From positions 637 to 64,636 of the forward strand of contig CASFCS010000002.1 of assembly GCA_949293245.1 (NCBI GenBank): a stretch of 64,000 bases of DNA. Reading direction: 5' to 3'. The notes beneath the pieces were generated by a model. The model was not told where the DNA came from, made no database searches, and saw nothing but the letters and a program-made list of their open reading frames with translations. Shown piece by piece: positions 18,420 to 27,180 of the stretch; within the stretch, counting starts at the first letter, position 1, and each line of letters opens with the position of its first letter. The DNA is from an uncultured bacterium (GTDB taxonomy: Bacteria; Bacillota; Clostridia; Oscillospirales; Oscillospiraceae). A program made the position numbers and the translations under genes.

Positions 18420-20363
18420 ATGAATCCTATGCGCATCACCGATCTTCTCTCCCCCAGCGCCATCGCCCTGGGCGCGGCCGTGTCCGACCGGGACCAGGCC
18501 ATCGACAAGCTGGTCTCCCTCCACCAGGCGGCCGGCAACCTTCTGGATCAGGAGGGCTACAAGGCCGACATCCTGGCCCGGGAGTCCATGAGCACCACCG
18601 CCGTGGGGGCGGGCATCGCCGTGCCCCACGCCAAGAGCGCCAGCGTCAGGCACCCCGCTCTGGCGGCCATGACCGTCCCGGGAGGCATTGACTACGGCTC
18701 CCCCGACGGCCAGCCCTCCGACCTCTTCTTCATGATCGCCGCCCCCGCCGGAGAGGGGGACACCCACCTGGAGATGCTGGCCCGGCTGATGACCATGCTG
18801 ATGGATGAGGAGTTTGCCGCCGCCCTGCGGTCGGCCAAGACTCCCCAGGAGTTCCTCCAGGTCATTGACAAGCAGGAGGCCGCCAAGTACCCCGACGAGC
18901 CCGCCCAGACTGTCCAGGTCCCCCAGGGCTACCAGGTGCTGTGCGTCACCGCCTGCCCCACCGGCATCGCCCACACCTACATGGCCGCCGAGGCCCTGGA
19001 AAAAGCGGGGGCCGAGATGGGCATTACCGTGAAGGCCGAGACCCAGGGCTCCGGCGGGGCCAAGAACGTCCTCACCCACGAGGAGATCGCCGCCTGCGAG
19101 GGCATCATCGTGGCGGCGGACAAGAACGTGTCCCTGGACCGGTTTGACGGCAAGCCCGTGCTGCGGGTGCCCGTGTCCGACGGCATCCACAAGCCCCAGG
19201 AGCTCATCAACAAGATCATGGCCCACAACGTGGCCCCCTACCACGCCCAGGGGGGCGCCGCCTCCCAGGAGGAGAGCAGCGGCCAGGAGAGCCTGGGCCG
19301 CCAGCTCTACAAGCACCTGATGAACGGCGTGTCCCACATGCTGCCCTTCGTCATCGGCGGCGGCATCCTCATCGCCCTGGCCTTTCTCTTTGACTCCGGC
19401 GCGGTGAACGACAGCAACTTCGCCGACTTCGGCACCATCACCCCCCTGGCCGCCTGGTTCAAGAACATCGGCGGCGTGGCCTTCAACCTGATGCTGCCCA
19501 TTCTGGCGGGCTACATCGCCATGTCCATCGCCGACCGGCCGGGGCTGATGGTGGGCTTTGTGGGCGGCATGGTGGCCGCCTCCGGCGCCACCTTCGCCTC
19601 CCCCGCCGGCACCGACGTGTCCGCCGGCTTCCTGGGAGCCCTGGTGGCCGGCTTCCTGGGCGGTTACCTGATGCTGGGCATCCGCAAGCTGTGCGACAAA
19701 CTGCCCAACGCCCTGGAGGGCATCAAGCCCGTCCTCATCTACCCCCTCATCGGCCTGCTCCTCATCGGCGTCATCATGTGCGCCATCAACCCCTTCGTGG
19801 GCATGATCAACTCCGCTATCTACGGCGGTCTGGAGTCCATGGGCGCCGGGTCCAAGGTGATTTTGGGCGTGGTGCTGGCGGCCATGATGGCCATTGACAT
19901 GGGCGGCCCCTTCAACAAGGCGGCCTACGTCTTCGGCACCTCCACCCTGGCGGCCACGGCAGCCTCCACCGGCTCCGACGTGATGGCCGCGGTGATGATC
20001 GGCGGTATGGTGCCCCCCCTGGCCATCGCTCTGGCCACCACCTTCTTCAAGAACCGCTTCACCCCGGAGGAGCGCAAGTCCGGCCCGGTGAACTACATCA
20101 TGGGGCTGTGCTTCATCACCGAGGGCGCCATCCCCTTCGCCGCCGCCGACCCCTGGCGGGTCATTCTCTCCTGCGTGGTGGGTTCCGGCGTGGCCGGCGG
20201 GCTGTCCATGGCCTTCGGCTGCACCCTCCCGGCGCCCCACGGCGGTATCTTCGTCTTCCCCGTGATGCACAACGTGCTCTGGTATATTTTGGCCTTGATT
20301 GCCGGGGCGATTGTTGGTATGCTGATGTTAGCCATTCTGAAAAAAAAGAAAGCTGAGGTATAA
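18420..20363 (+). CDS. fruA: PTS fructose transporter, fused IIA-IIB-IIC
   Basis: The IIA part is ...STTAVGAGIAVPHAKS and the IIB part is VLCVTACPTGIAHTYMAAEALEKAG. A long polytopic IIC domain follows. Confidence 0.93.
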   Translation: MNPMRITDLLSPSAIALGAAVSDRDQAIDKLVSLHQAAGNLLDQEGYKADILARESMSTTAVGAGIAVPHAKSASVRHPALAAMTVPGGIDYGSPDGQPSDLFFMIAAPAGEGDTHLEMLARLMTMLMDEEFAAALRSAKTPQEFLQVIDKQEAAKYPDEPAQTVQVPQGYQVLCVTACPTGIAHTYMAAEALEKAGAEMGITVKAETQGSGGAKNVLTHEEIAACEGIIVAADKNVSLDRFDGKPVLRVPVSDGIHKPQELINKIMAHNVAPYHAQGGAASQEESSGQESLGRQLYKHLMNGVSHMLPFVIGGGILIALAFLFDSGAVNDSNFADFGTITPLAAWFKNIGGVAFNLMLPILAGYIAMSIADRPGLMVGFVGGMVAASGATFASPAGTDVSAGFLGALVAGFLGGYLMLGIRKLCDKLPNALEGIKPVLIYPLIGLLLIGVIMCAINPFVGMINSAIYGGLESMGAGSKVILGVVLAAMMAIDMGGPFNKAAYVFGTSTLAATAASTGSDVMAAVMIGGMVPPLAIALATTFFKNRFTPEERKSGPVNYIMGLCFITEGAIPFAAADPWRVILSCVVGSGVAGGLSMAFGCTLPAPHGGIFVFPVMHNVLWYILALIAGAIVGMLMLAILKKKKAEV

Positions 20364-20366
20364 GTC

Positions 20367-20633
20367 ATGGTCAGTGAAAAGGTAACAGTCATCAACAAGA
20401 TGGGGTTCCATATGCGCCCCGCCGGCCTCTTCGTGGCTGAGATGGCCAAGTTCAAGTCCGCCATCAACATCGTGTTCAACGGCAAGAACATCGACGGCAA
20501 GAGCATCATGAACGTGATGGCCGCCTGCATGAAGTGCGGCGCCGAGATCGAGATCCAGTGCACCGGCGAGGATGAGGAGGCTATGCTCGCCAAGGCCGTG
20601 GAGATGGTCAAGTCCGGTCTGGGCGAGGCCTGA
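20367..20633 (+). CDS. ptsH: Phosphocarrier protein HPr
   Basis: 88 aa with the His-15 context NKMGFHMRPAG and the Ser-46 context GKSIMNVM. Confidence 0.9.
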   Translation: MVSEKVTVINKMGFHMRPAGLFVAEMAKFKSAINIVFNGKNIDGKSIMNVMAACMKCGAEIEIQCTGEDEEAMLAKAVEMVKSGLGEA

Positions 20634-20640
20634 TCCCCCG

Positions 20641-20690
20641 GGGCGCGGCCCCCGGCCCACCCAGGGCCAGGGCCGCGCCCCTCTTCTTCC
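20641..20690 (+). terminator. GC-rich hairpin between ptsH and ptsI (terminator/attenuator candidate)
   Basis: GGGGCGCGGCCC...GGGCCGCGCCCC followed by TCTTCTTCC. The U-tract is weak, so it may only attenuate. Confidence 0.45.
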
Positions 20691-20730
20691 ACCACCAACC
20701 ACACGAATTCAACCGAAAGGGGCCACAACT

Positions 20731-22440
20731 ATGTATCAAGGTATCGGCGCCTCTGCCGGCATCGGCATTGGCAAAGCGGTCCTCATCCGCCAGGCGGAGC
20801 TGGACTGGTCCGGCGTGGTGTTCCAGGGGGCTGCGGCGGAAAAGGAGCGCCTGCACAAGGCCATCGCCGCGTTCATTGACAAGACCAACGCCATGGCCGA
20901 CGCCATGCGCGCCCGGGTGGGCGAGAAGCAGGCGGAGATCCTCACCGGCCAGGTGCTCATGGTGGGGGACCCCTTCATGTCCAGCCAGATGGAGGAGAAC
21001 ATCGACCGGGGTCTGTGCGCCGAGGCGGCAGTGGACGGGGTGTGCGCCATGTATATCGATATGTTCTCCCAGGTGGAGGACGAGCTCACCCGCCAGCGGG
21101 CCAGCGACGTGAAGGATCTGCGCGCCCGGCTGATCTCCATCCTGATGGGCAAGGAGAGCGTGGACCTGGCCAGCCTGCCCGCCGGGTCCATCCTGGTGGC
21201 CCACGACTTCACCCCCTCCATGACCGCCGGCATCCAGCGCCAGCACGTGGAGGCCGTGGTCACCGAGGTGGGGGGCGTCACCTCCCACTCCGCCATTCTG
21301 GCCCGCACCATGGAGCTGCCCGCCGCCCTGAGCGTGCCGGGGATTATGTCCGCCGTCCAGGACGGGGACATCCTGGTGGTGGACGGCGGAGAGGGCCAGG
21401 TGCTGGTAAACCCCGACCCCGCCGTGGTGCAGGAGTACCGGGAGCGCCAGGCCAGGCTGGCCGCCGACAAGGCCGCCCTGGCGGCCTACCGGGACCGGCC
21501 CACCCTCACCGCCGACGGCCAGACTCGGGAGCTCTTCTGCAACATCGGCTCCCCCAAGGACACGGAGAAGGTGCTGGAGGCCACCGGGGAGGGCATCGGC
21601 CTGTTCCGCACCGAGTTCCTCTTTATGGACCGGGCATCCCTGCCCACGGAGGAGGAGCAGTTTGAGGCCTACCGCCAGGTGGCCCAGGCCATGGGCGGCC
21701 GGGAGGTCATCATCCGCACCCTGGACGTGGGGGGCGACAAGGAGATCCCCTACCTGGGCATGGAGAAGGAGGACAACCCCTTCCTGGGCTTCCGGGCCAT
21801 CCGGTACTGCCTGCAGCGGCGGGAGATGTTCACCGCCCAGCTTCGGGCCCTGCTGCGGGCCTCGGCCTACGGCAAGGTGAAGATCATGCTGCCCCTGGTG
21901 ACCTGCATTGAGGAGCTGCGGCAGACCCGGGTTCTGCTGGGGCAGCTCAAAGAGGAGCTGGCCGCCCAGGACATCCCCTTCGACAAGGACATCAAGCTGG
22001 GCGTCATGATCGAGACCCCCGCCGCCGCCCTCATCTCCGACCTGCTGGCCCGGGAGGCGGACTTCTTCTCCATCGGCACCAACGACCTGACCCAGTACAC
22101 CATGGCGGTGGACCGGGGCAACAGCGCCGTGGCCTACCTCTACTCCCCCCTGCAGCCGGCGGTGCTGCGCTCCATCCGCACCATCATCCGCAATGGCCGG
22201 GAGGCGGGCATCCCTGTGGGCATGTGCGGCGAGGCGGCGGCGGACCCCCTGATGATCCCCCTGCTCATCGCCTTCGGCCTGACGGAGTTCTCCGTCAGCG
22301 CCACCTCCGTGCTGGCCACCCGGCGGGCCATCGCCTCCTGGAGCCAAAGCGAGGCGGAGCGCCTGGCGGAGGAGGTCATGGCCCTCTCCGACAGCGACGG
22401 CATCAAGGCCTATCTGAAGGCCGCGGTCAGCAAGCACTAA
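20731..22440 (+). CDS. ptsI: Phosphoenolpyruvate-protein phosphotransferase (PTS enzyme I)
   Basis: MYQGIGASAGIGIGKAVLI...VTEVGGVTSHSAILARTMELPA (active-site His)...GIGLFRTEFLFM...FSIGTNDLTQY...MCGEAAADP. Confidence 0.96.
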   Translation: MYQGIGASAGIGIGKAVLIRQAELDWSGVVFQGAAAEKERLHKAIAAFIDKTNAMADAMRARVGEKQAEILTGQVLMVGDPFMSSQMEENIDRGLCAEAAVDGVCAMYIDMFSQVEDELTRQRASDVKDLRARLISILMGKESVDLASLPAGSILVAHDFTPSMTAGIQRQHVEAVVTEVGGVTSHSAILARTMELPAALSVPGIMSAVQDGDILVVDGGEGQVLVNPDPAVVQEYRERQARLAADKAALAAYRDRPTLTADGQTRELFCNIGSPKDTEKVLEATGEGIGLFRTEFLFMDRASLPTEEEQFEAYRQVAQAMGGREVIIRTLDVGGDKEIPYLGMEKEDNPFLGFRAIRYCLQRREMFTAQLRALLRASAYGKVKIMLPLVTCIEELRQTRVLLGQLKEELAAQDIPFDKDIKLGVMIETPAAALISDLLAREADFFSIGTNDLTQYTMAVDRGNSAVAYLYSPLQPAVLRSIRTIIRNGREAGIPVGMCGEAAADPLMIPLLIAFGLTEFSVSATSVLATRRAIASWSQSEAERLAEEVMALSDSDGIKAYLKAAVSKH

Positions 22441-22462
22441 AGTTCAGGTTCACACAAGCGGC

Positions 22463-22497
22463 ATCCCCCGGCGGAAGTCTCCGCCGGGGGATTTTTA
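22463..22497. terminator. Intrinsic terminator after ptsI, shared with the convergent M56 gene
   Basis: ATCCCCCGGCGGA / TCCGCCGGGGGAT followed by TTTTTA. Confidence 0.85.
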
Positions 22498-22512
22498 TCT
22501 TGCATAGAACCA

Positions 22513-24966
22513 TCAGGCCGGCTGGTTGGCGTACACCACCCAGCGTCCATCCTGGGCCCTGAGGGTGAGAACGAACTCCCCCAGGCCCTCAATGGAGTAG
22601 GACACCAGGGCCTCCCTCTCCCCCAGTTCCACCGCCTCCACCTGGGGGGTGACCATGTTGGTGTCCCCGTGGGCGTGGTAGTAGCTGTCGGTGGAGGGGA
22701 GATAGGTCCAGTCAAAGGGGGTGGAGAGGTCGGCCAGGGTCACCCCCGCCATCTGGCTGAGGAAGGCGTCCGCCTGGGCCGTGGTCACCTTGAAGAGGTC
22801 CACGTCAAAGGCCATATCGGGCCACCGGGCGGAGAGGGCCTCCTTCTCGGCCTGGGTGAGGTCGGCCTGGCTCCACTGGATCCAGGGGCTGCCGTTGTAC
22901 AGGGCCTGGTTGGGGTCGATCCCCGTGGGGTCGGCGTAGGTGTGGGTGAGAAGCACGCTGTACTGGGGCATGGCCAGCAGCTCCTGGAAGTAATCGGCGC
23001 CGTAGCCCGCCACCTTCACAGTGAAACCGGTGACGCCGGCAAAGATGTCCTCCGGCGGGGCGTCGAAGTAGGACAGAGTGTTCCCCTCGTAGCCCATCAG
23101 CAGGGCGCTGCGGGACCCGGTGAGCTCCGCCACCCGCCCCTCAAAGGCGTCGATCTCCTCCTGGGAGGAGAGGTCCTCCGGCCCGTAGGGGATCTCCTCC
23201 TTCATCAGGTAGGTGACCGTCCCAAACTCCGCCGCCTGCTCCTCCCCCTCCTGGTTCAGGGTGAAGAGGCGGTAGTTGGGGGTGGCGATCCCCTGGTTGG
23301 CGTAGTCGCTGTACCACAGGAGGTACTCGCCGCCGGTCTCGTCGGTATAGAGGTAATAGGACCCCCACCCGGCGTGGGCGCTGGCGATCCGCCCGGACCA
23401 GAGGGGCTCCACGCCGCTCTCCCGGCCGGTGTACACCGTCAGCTGGGCCCAGGCAAACCGGGCAAAGTCCAGGTTCCCCCGCATGTCCATGGGCAGCCCA
23501 TCTGTATCCATGATCTGCATCACCAGCAGCTCGTCCGCCCCGTCGCCGGTCAGGTCGGCCAGCAGCACCGAGCAGGTGTCCGCCATGGGGTACGCCCCGG
23601 CGAAGAAGGCCCGGTAGGTCTCTCCCAGGGCGGTTCCCTCCCCCTCCCGGTCCTCCACCAGGGAGATGGTGCGGCTCTCCTCCCCGCCGGCGCTGTCGGT
23701 GACGGTCACGTCCATGTCCAGACTCAGCAGGGTCTCCTCCTCGCAGATGACCAGGTAGTTCTCTCCCGGGGTCCACACCGCGTCCTCCAGGTAGTGGACG
23801 CTCATGGCCCCCCCGGGGCCCTCCGCCCGGCCGGCGATGTGGATGTTCCATGACACCCCGTCATACCCCTGGGGGACTGTGAAGGCAAAGCCCTCCTCCG
23901 TCCGCTCCACGCTGCCCGCCAGGGCGTCCAGAGCCTCCGCCGGCATGCCCGCAGAGAGGGGCTGGGCGGAGCAGGCCACCAGGCTGCCCGCCACCAGGGC
24001 CAGGGCGGTCACCCCCGCCACCAGGGGGGCGCAGTTCTTCTTTTTGCTGAACAAATTGGCGATGCGGCTGCGCATCTGCCCCTTGCCCGCAGCAAAGCAG
24101 GTGGACAGGGGGATCTTCCGCCCTCCCCCCGCCGCCCGGAGGAGCATGGCGCCGTAGCGCCCCCGGCCGCCGGGCCCCATGGGGGCCACCACCTGGTCGT
24201 CACAGCACAGCTCCACATTCTCTCCCGCCAGGCGGCTCATGCGCCACACCAGAGGGTTGAACCAGTGGAGAACGCAGGCCAGGGTGAGCACCCCCTTGTA
24301 GGCGATGTCCCGCCGGCGCAGGTGGGTGAGCTCGTGGCGCAGCACCAGCTCCAGGGCCTCCCGGTCCGTCTCCCCGGCGGGCAGGAAGATCACCGGCCCC
24401 ACCAGGCCCAGCATCACGGGCCCCGCCTGTCCCCCCTGCCGAAGGGCGGGCAGCCGCCTGATGCCCAGCTCCGCCCCGATCTCCGCCGCCAGGGCAGCCG
24501 TCTCTGCCTCTGCAGGGGCAGTCTCCCGAAGGAGCCTGCGGCGCAGCAGTCCATAGGGCAAGAGCAGGACCAGCAGGCTCACGGCGCACCCCGCCAGCCA
24601 CACCAGGGCCGCCCCCTGGGCCGCCGTCAGGGGCGGGGCGGATGTCTCAGACCGGGCCTGGCCCTCCTGCCCCGCCTGGGTCACCGGGGCAGGCCCCATC
24701 GCCGCCTCCTCTCCCCCCTCCGGCGCCAGGGCCACCACCTGGGTGACCTGGTACCGGGGCACCTCCACCGTCACCTGGCCCTGGGGCAGCCGGAGCTGCA
24801 CCGGCAGAATGAGGCGCACCGCCAGCAGCAGGAAGAGGACGTACAGACTCTTCCCCGCCACCCGGCGCTGGATGGAGCGATAGAGCAGCAGCAGGGGCAG
24901 CAGCACCGCCGAACAGGTGAGGGACACGGTCAAATAGCGCAAAAACACCTCCTCCATCTCACTCAC
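22513..24966 (-). CDS. BlaR1/MecR1-type M56 zinc-metalloprotease signal transducer with a ~500-aa non-PBP extracellular domain
   Basis: It has N-terminal TM segments and the motif HELTHLRRRDIAYK (HExxH of M56). The C-terminal ~500 aa lack any SxxK/PBP motif and contain a VCBS/FG-GAP-like stretch LLADLTGDGADELLVMQI. The start overlaps the blaI-like stop by 8 nt. Confidence 0.8.
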   Translation of the reverse strand: MSEMEEVFLRYLTVSLTCSAVLLPLLLLYRSIQRRVAGKSLYVLFLLLAVRLILPVQLRLPQGQVTVEVPRYQVTQVVALAPEGGEEAAMGPAPVTQAGQEGQARSETSAPPLTAAQGAALVWLAGCAVSLLVLLLPYGLLRRRLLRETAPAEAETAALAAEIGAELGIRRLPALRQGGQAGPVMLGLVGPVIFLPAGETDREALELVLRHELTHLRRRDIAYKGVLTLACVLHWFNPLVWRMSRLAGENVELCCDDQVVAPMGPGGRGRYGAMLLRAAGGGRKIPLSTCFAAGKGQMRSRIANLFSKKKNCAPLVAGVTALALVAGSLVACSAQPLSAGMPAEALDALAGSVERTEEGFAFTVPQGYDGVSWNIHIAGRAEGPGGAMSVHYLEDAVWTPGENYLVICEEETLLSLDMDVTVTDSAGGEESRTISLVEDREGEGTALGETYRAFFAGAYPMADTCSVLLADLTGDGADELLVMQIMDTDGLPMDMRGNLDFARFAWAQLTVYTGRESGVEPLWSGRIASAHAGWGSYYLYTDETGGEYLLWYSDYANQGIATPNYRLFTLNQEGEEQAAEFGTVTYLMKEEIPYGPEDLSSQEEIDAFEGRVAELTGSRSALLMGYEGNTLSYFDAPPEDIFAGVTGFTVKVAGYGADYFQELLAMPQYSVLLTHTYADPTGIDPNQALYNGSPWIQWSQADLTQAEKEALSARWPDMAFDVDLFKVTTAQADAFLSQMAGVTLADLSTPFDWTYLPSTDSYYHAHGDTNMVTPQVEAVELGEREALVSYSIEGLGEFVLTLRAQDGRWVVYANQPA

Positions 24967-25363
24967 CCTTCTTTTTCTCCAGCTCGCTGAGGTATTCCTG
25001 CAGCTCCCGGATCTCCCCCTGGGACAGGTCCCCCCCGTCGTACAGCGCGGCGGCCAGGTGCTTGAGGGACCGGTGGTAAAACCGCTCCAGGAGGGAGCGG
25101 CTCTCCCGCCGCTGGTAGCTCTCCTTGCTCACCTGGGCGGTGTACCGGTTCACCTTGCCCTCCTTCCGGCAGGCCAGAAACCCCTTCTCCTCCAGCCGCT
25201 TGAGATAGCTGTGCAGGGCGCTGGCGGTGAGGGACTGGTCCAGAGCCTCCAGGATCTCCGGCGCGGTGGCGCTGCCCCCTGCACCCCACACCACCAGCAT
25301 CAGCTCCAGCTCCGACTCAGGCAGACGCCGGAAGCGATTCTTCTTTTCCTCCATGTCGGACAC
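24959..25363 (-). CDS. BlaI/MecI/CopY-family winged-helix repressor
   Basis: ...LPESELELMLVVWGAGGSATAPEILEAL...SALHSYLKRLEEKGFLACRKEGKVNRYTA... It is coupled to the M56 gene. Confidence 0.88.
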   Translation of the reverse strand: MSDMEEKKNRFRRLPESELELMLVVWGAGGSATAPEILEALDQSLTASALHSYLKRLEEKGFLACRKEGKVNRYTAQVSKESYQRRESRSLLERFYHRSLKHLAAALYDGGDLSQGEIRELQEYLSELEKKKGE

Positions 25364-25403
25364 CTCCTTGTGTTGGTTCCGGGTTCTTTTCTATTTTTAT
25401 TTT

Positions 25404-25445
25404 ACATTTGCAGAAGTTCTCTGTCAAGAAATTTTTGCATTTGCA
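25404..25445 (-). promoter_or_regulatory. Candidate BlaI-type operator pair
   Basis: The 8-mer CATTTGCA (which contains TGCA palindromes) occurs twice, at 25405-25412 and 25438-25445, 33 bp apart in the AT-rich region just upstream of the repressor gene. Confidence 0.35.
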
Positions 25446-25464
25446 AAATTTAAAATTTGGTTAC

Positions 25465-25503
25465 AAAAAGCCGGACCTGCGGTTGTCTCCCGCAGGCCCG
25501 GCT
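25465..25503 (-). terminator. Intrinsic terminator after the DUF1273 gene
   Basis: Minus strand: AGCCGGGCCTGCGGG AGACAA CCCGCAGGTCCGGCT followed by TTTTTG. Confidence 0.8.
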
Positions 25504-25520
25504 GTGAACGCCGTTCTATA

Positions 25521-26039
25521 TCACAATTCTTCCGGATCCAGGATGATAAGCTCCAGCCCCCGGTCCATGGCGTAGCTCAGGGTGTACATGGTGCCCCCGG
25601 GGCTGCCGCTGTACACCGCCAGCACGGCGCTGGCGCGGTCCACCATGTACCGGTCCCGCCGGTGCATGCACCCCCGGTCATACCGGCGCTGGACCAGGGT
25701 CTCGTAGTCGCACTGGTCCAGGATGGCCTGGTACCGCGCCCGCTCCCCCGCCGGCCAGCGGTCCGCCTGCCCCTCACAGGGGACGGCGGCCTCCAGGGTG
25801 AGGTCGCCGTACTTCTCCCGCAGGTCCAGCACCGCCTGGGCAAAGAGGAGGTCCGCCCCCCGGGCCATGCCGGTAATGAAATGGCGGTACCCCCGGCGGT
25901 AGAGCCCCTCCACATGGCGGGAGAGCTGCTCCCGCAGGGCGGCGCAGCGGGGGTCCTCCTCCCGGGTGCCCCAGGGGAGCTTGTCCGGCCGGTGGCCGGT
26001 AAAGCAGCAGGTCACCTCTGTCTCCAGTCCCGTGGCCAT
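25521..26039 (-). CDS. DUF1273 / SLOG-family protein (YspA-like)
   Basis: From ATG 26039 (SD GGAGGGGAG): MATGLETEVTCCFTGHRPDKLPWG...HFITGMARGADLLFAQAVLDL... Confidence 0.75.
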   Translation of the reverse strand: MATGLETEVTCCFTGHRPDKLPWGTREEDPRCAALREQLSRHVEGLYRRGYRHFITGMARGADLLFAQAVLDLREKYGDLTLEAAVPCEGQADRWPAGERARYQAILDQCDYETLVQRRYDRGCMHRRDRYMVDRASAVLAVYSGSPGGTMYTLSYAMDRGLELIILDPEEL

Positions 26040-26160
26040 GTTCTCCCCTCCCCCCTTTTGTGTCTTCCGCTCCATTGTACCCGACGGCCCGCTCCCCCGT
26101 CAATACAAAAATCGTACATCTGTTCGTCTCTCTTTGTCGAAAAATATTTGTGGGGCCCCC

Positions 26161-26188
26161 TTGCTTTTTTTCTTCGCTCCGCTATAAT
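26161..26188 (+). promoter_or_regulatory. Sigma-A-type promoter for the FMN riboswitch/ribU
   Basis: -35 TTGCTT (26161-26166), 16-bp spacer, -10 TATAAT (26183-26188). Confidence 0.7.
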
Positions 26189-26212
26189 ATGGATAGGACA
26201 ACTGAACAGAAA

Positions 26213-26325
26213 GTCTTCAGGGCGGGGTGCAATTCCCCACTGGCGGTACAGTCCGCGAACCACCTTCTGGTGGCCGACCCGGTGAAACTCCGGGACCAAC
26301 GGTATAGTCCGGATGAAAGAAGAAC
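26213..26325 (+). promoter_or_regulatory. FMN riboswitch (RFN element) aptamer
   Basis: GTCTTCAGGGCGGGGTGCAATTCCCCACTGGCGGTACAGTCCGCGA...CCGACCCGGTGAAACTCCGGGACCAACGGTATAGTCCGGATGAAAGAAGA matches the remembered RFN core. It lies upstream of a riboflavin ECF S-component. Confidence 0.9.
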
Positions 26326-26357
26326 GTGTGATAACATCCTTTTTTCGATGATGTTGG

Positions 26358-26392
26358 CACCTGAAAGGCTTGGCTTTTCAGGTGTTACTTTA
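26358..26392 (+). terminator. Expression-platform terminator of the FMN riboswitch
   Basis: CACCTGAAAGG CTTGG CTTTTCAGGTG followed by TTACTTTAT, 20 nt before the ribU start. Confidence 0.6.
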
Positions 26393-26412
26393 TCCGAAAG
26401 AAGGAATTTTTT

Positions 26413-27117
26413 ATGTCTACCCGTTCCGCCGTCAAGCCCCAGTCCCCCACCCGGGCCACTCCCCGGGTCAACGTGCGCACCCTGGTGTGCCTGGCCATGC
26501 TCACCGCCATCGCCTATGTGGTGTCCTACACCTCCAAGCTCATGCCCAGCGTGCTGGGCTTTCTGGACTTTGACCTGAAAGACGTGATCATCTGCATCGG
26601 CGGCTTCACCTTCGGCCCCGTGGCCGCCGGCGTGATCGCCTTCGCCTCCTCCCTGATCCAGATGTTCACCGTCAGCACCACCGGCATCATCGGCTTCATC
26701 ATGAACTTCCTGGCCACCGCCGGCTTCTGCTGCACCGCCTCCTTCCTCTACCAGCGGCGGCACACCATGAGCGGCGCCGTCCTGGGCCTGGTGACCGGCG
26801 CTGTGGTGATGACCGTGCTGATGCTGCTGTGGAACTACTTCATCACTCCCATGTACATGGTGGATACCACCCGGGAACAGGTGGCCGCCATGCTGGTGCC
26901 CGTCTTCCTCCCCTTCAACCTGGTGAAGGCCGGCATGAACACCGCCGCCACCCTGCTGCTCTACAAGCCCGTGGTCACCGCCCTGCGCCGGGCCCACCTG
27001 GTGGCCCCCTCTGAGAGCAAGGAGAAGAGCCGGGTGAAGATCGGCTTCATTCTGGTCTCTGCCCTGGCACTGGTGACCTTCGTCATGCTGATGCTGGTGC
27101 TCACCGGCACCATCTGA
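26413..27117 (+). CDS. ribU: ECF-transporter S component for riboflavin
   Basis: Six-TM protein (...RTLVCLAMLTAIAYVVS...FDLKDVIICIGGFTFGP...PFNLVKAGMNTAATLLLYKPV) directly behind the FMN riboswitch. Confidence 0.85.
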   Translation: MSTRSAVKPQSPTRATPRVNVRTLVCLAMLTAIAYVVSYTSKLMPSVLGFLDFDLKDVIICIGGFTFGPVAAGVIAFASSLIQMFTVSTTGIIGFIMNFLATAGFCCTASFLYQRRHTMSGAVLGLVTGAVVMTVLMLLWNYFITPMYMVDTTREQVAAMLVPVFLPFNLVKAGMNTAATLLLYKPVVTALRRAHLVAPSESKEKSRVKIGFILVSALALVTFVMLMLVLTGTI

Positions 27118-27138
27118 GGGGTCTGCCCCACAAATGTC

Positions 27139-27176
27139 AACGCGCCGCGTCCCTTGGGGACGCGGCGCGTTTTTCT
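27139..27176. terminator. Bidirectional intrinsic terminator (ribU / thiC)
   Basis: AACGCGCCGCGTCCC TTG GGGACGCGGCGCGTT followed by TTTTC. Confidence 0.85.
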
Positions 27177-27180
27177 TCTC

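Noticed and set aside
17442-20270. 942-aa minus-strand ORF
   Set aside because: It is antisense to fruK/fruA, which have unambiguous family motifs. The translation is G/A/H/D-rich low complexity with no SD.
20608-22437. 609-aa minus-strand ORF
   Set aside because: It is a shadow frame of ptsI.
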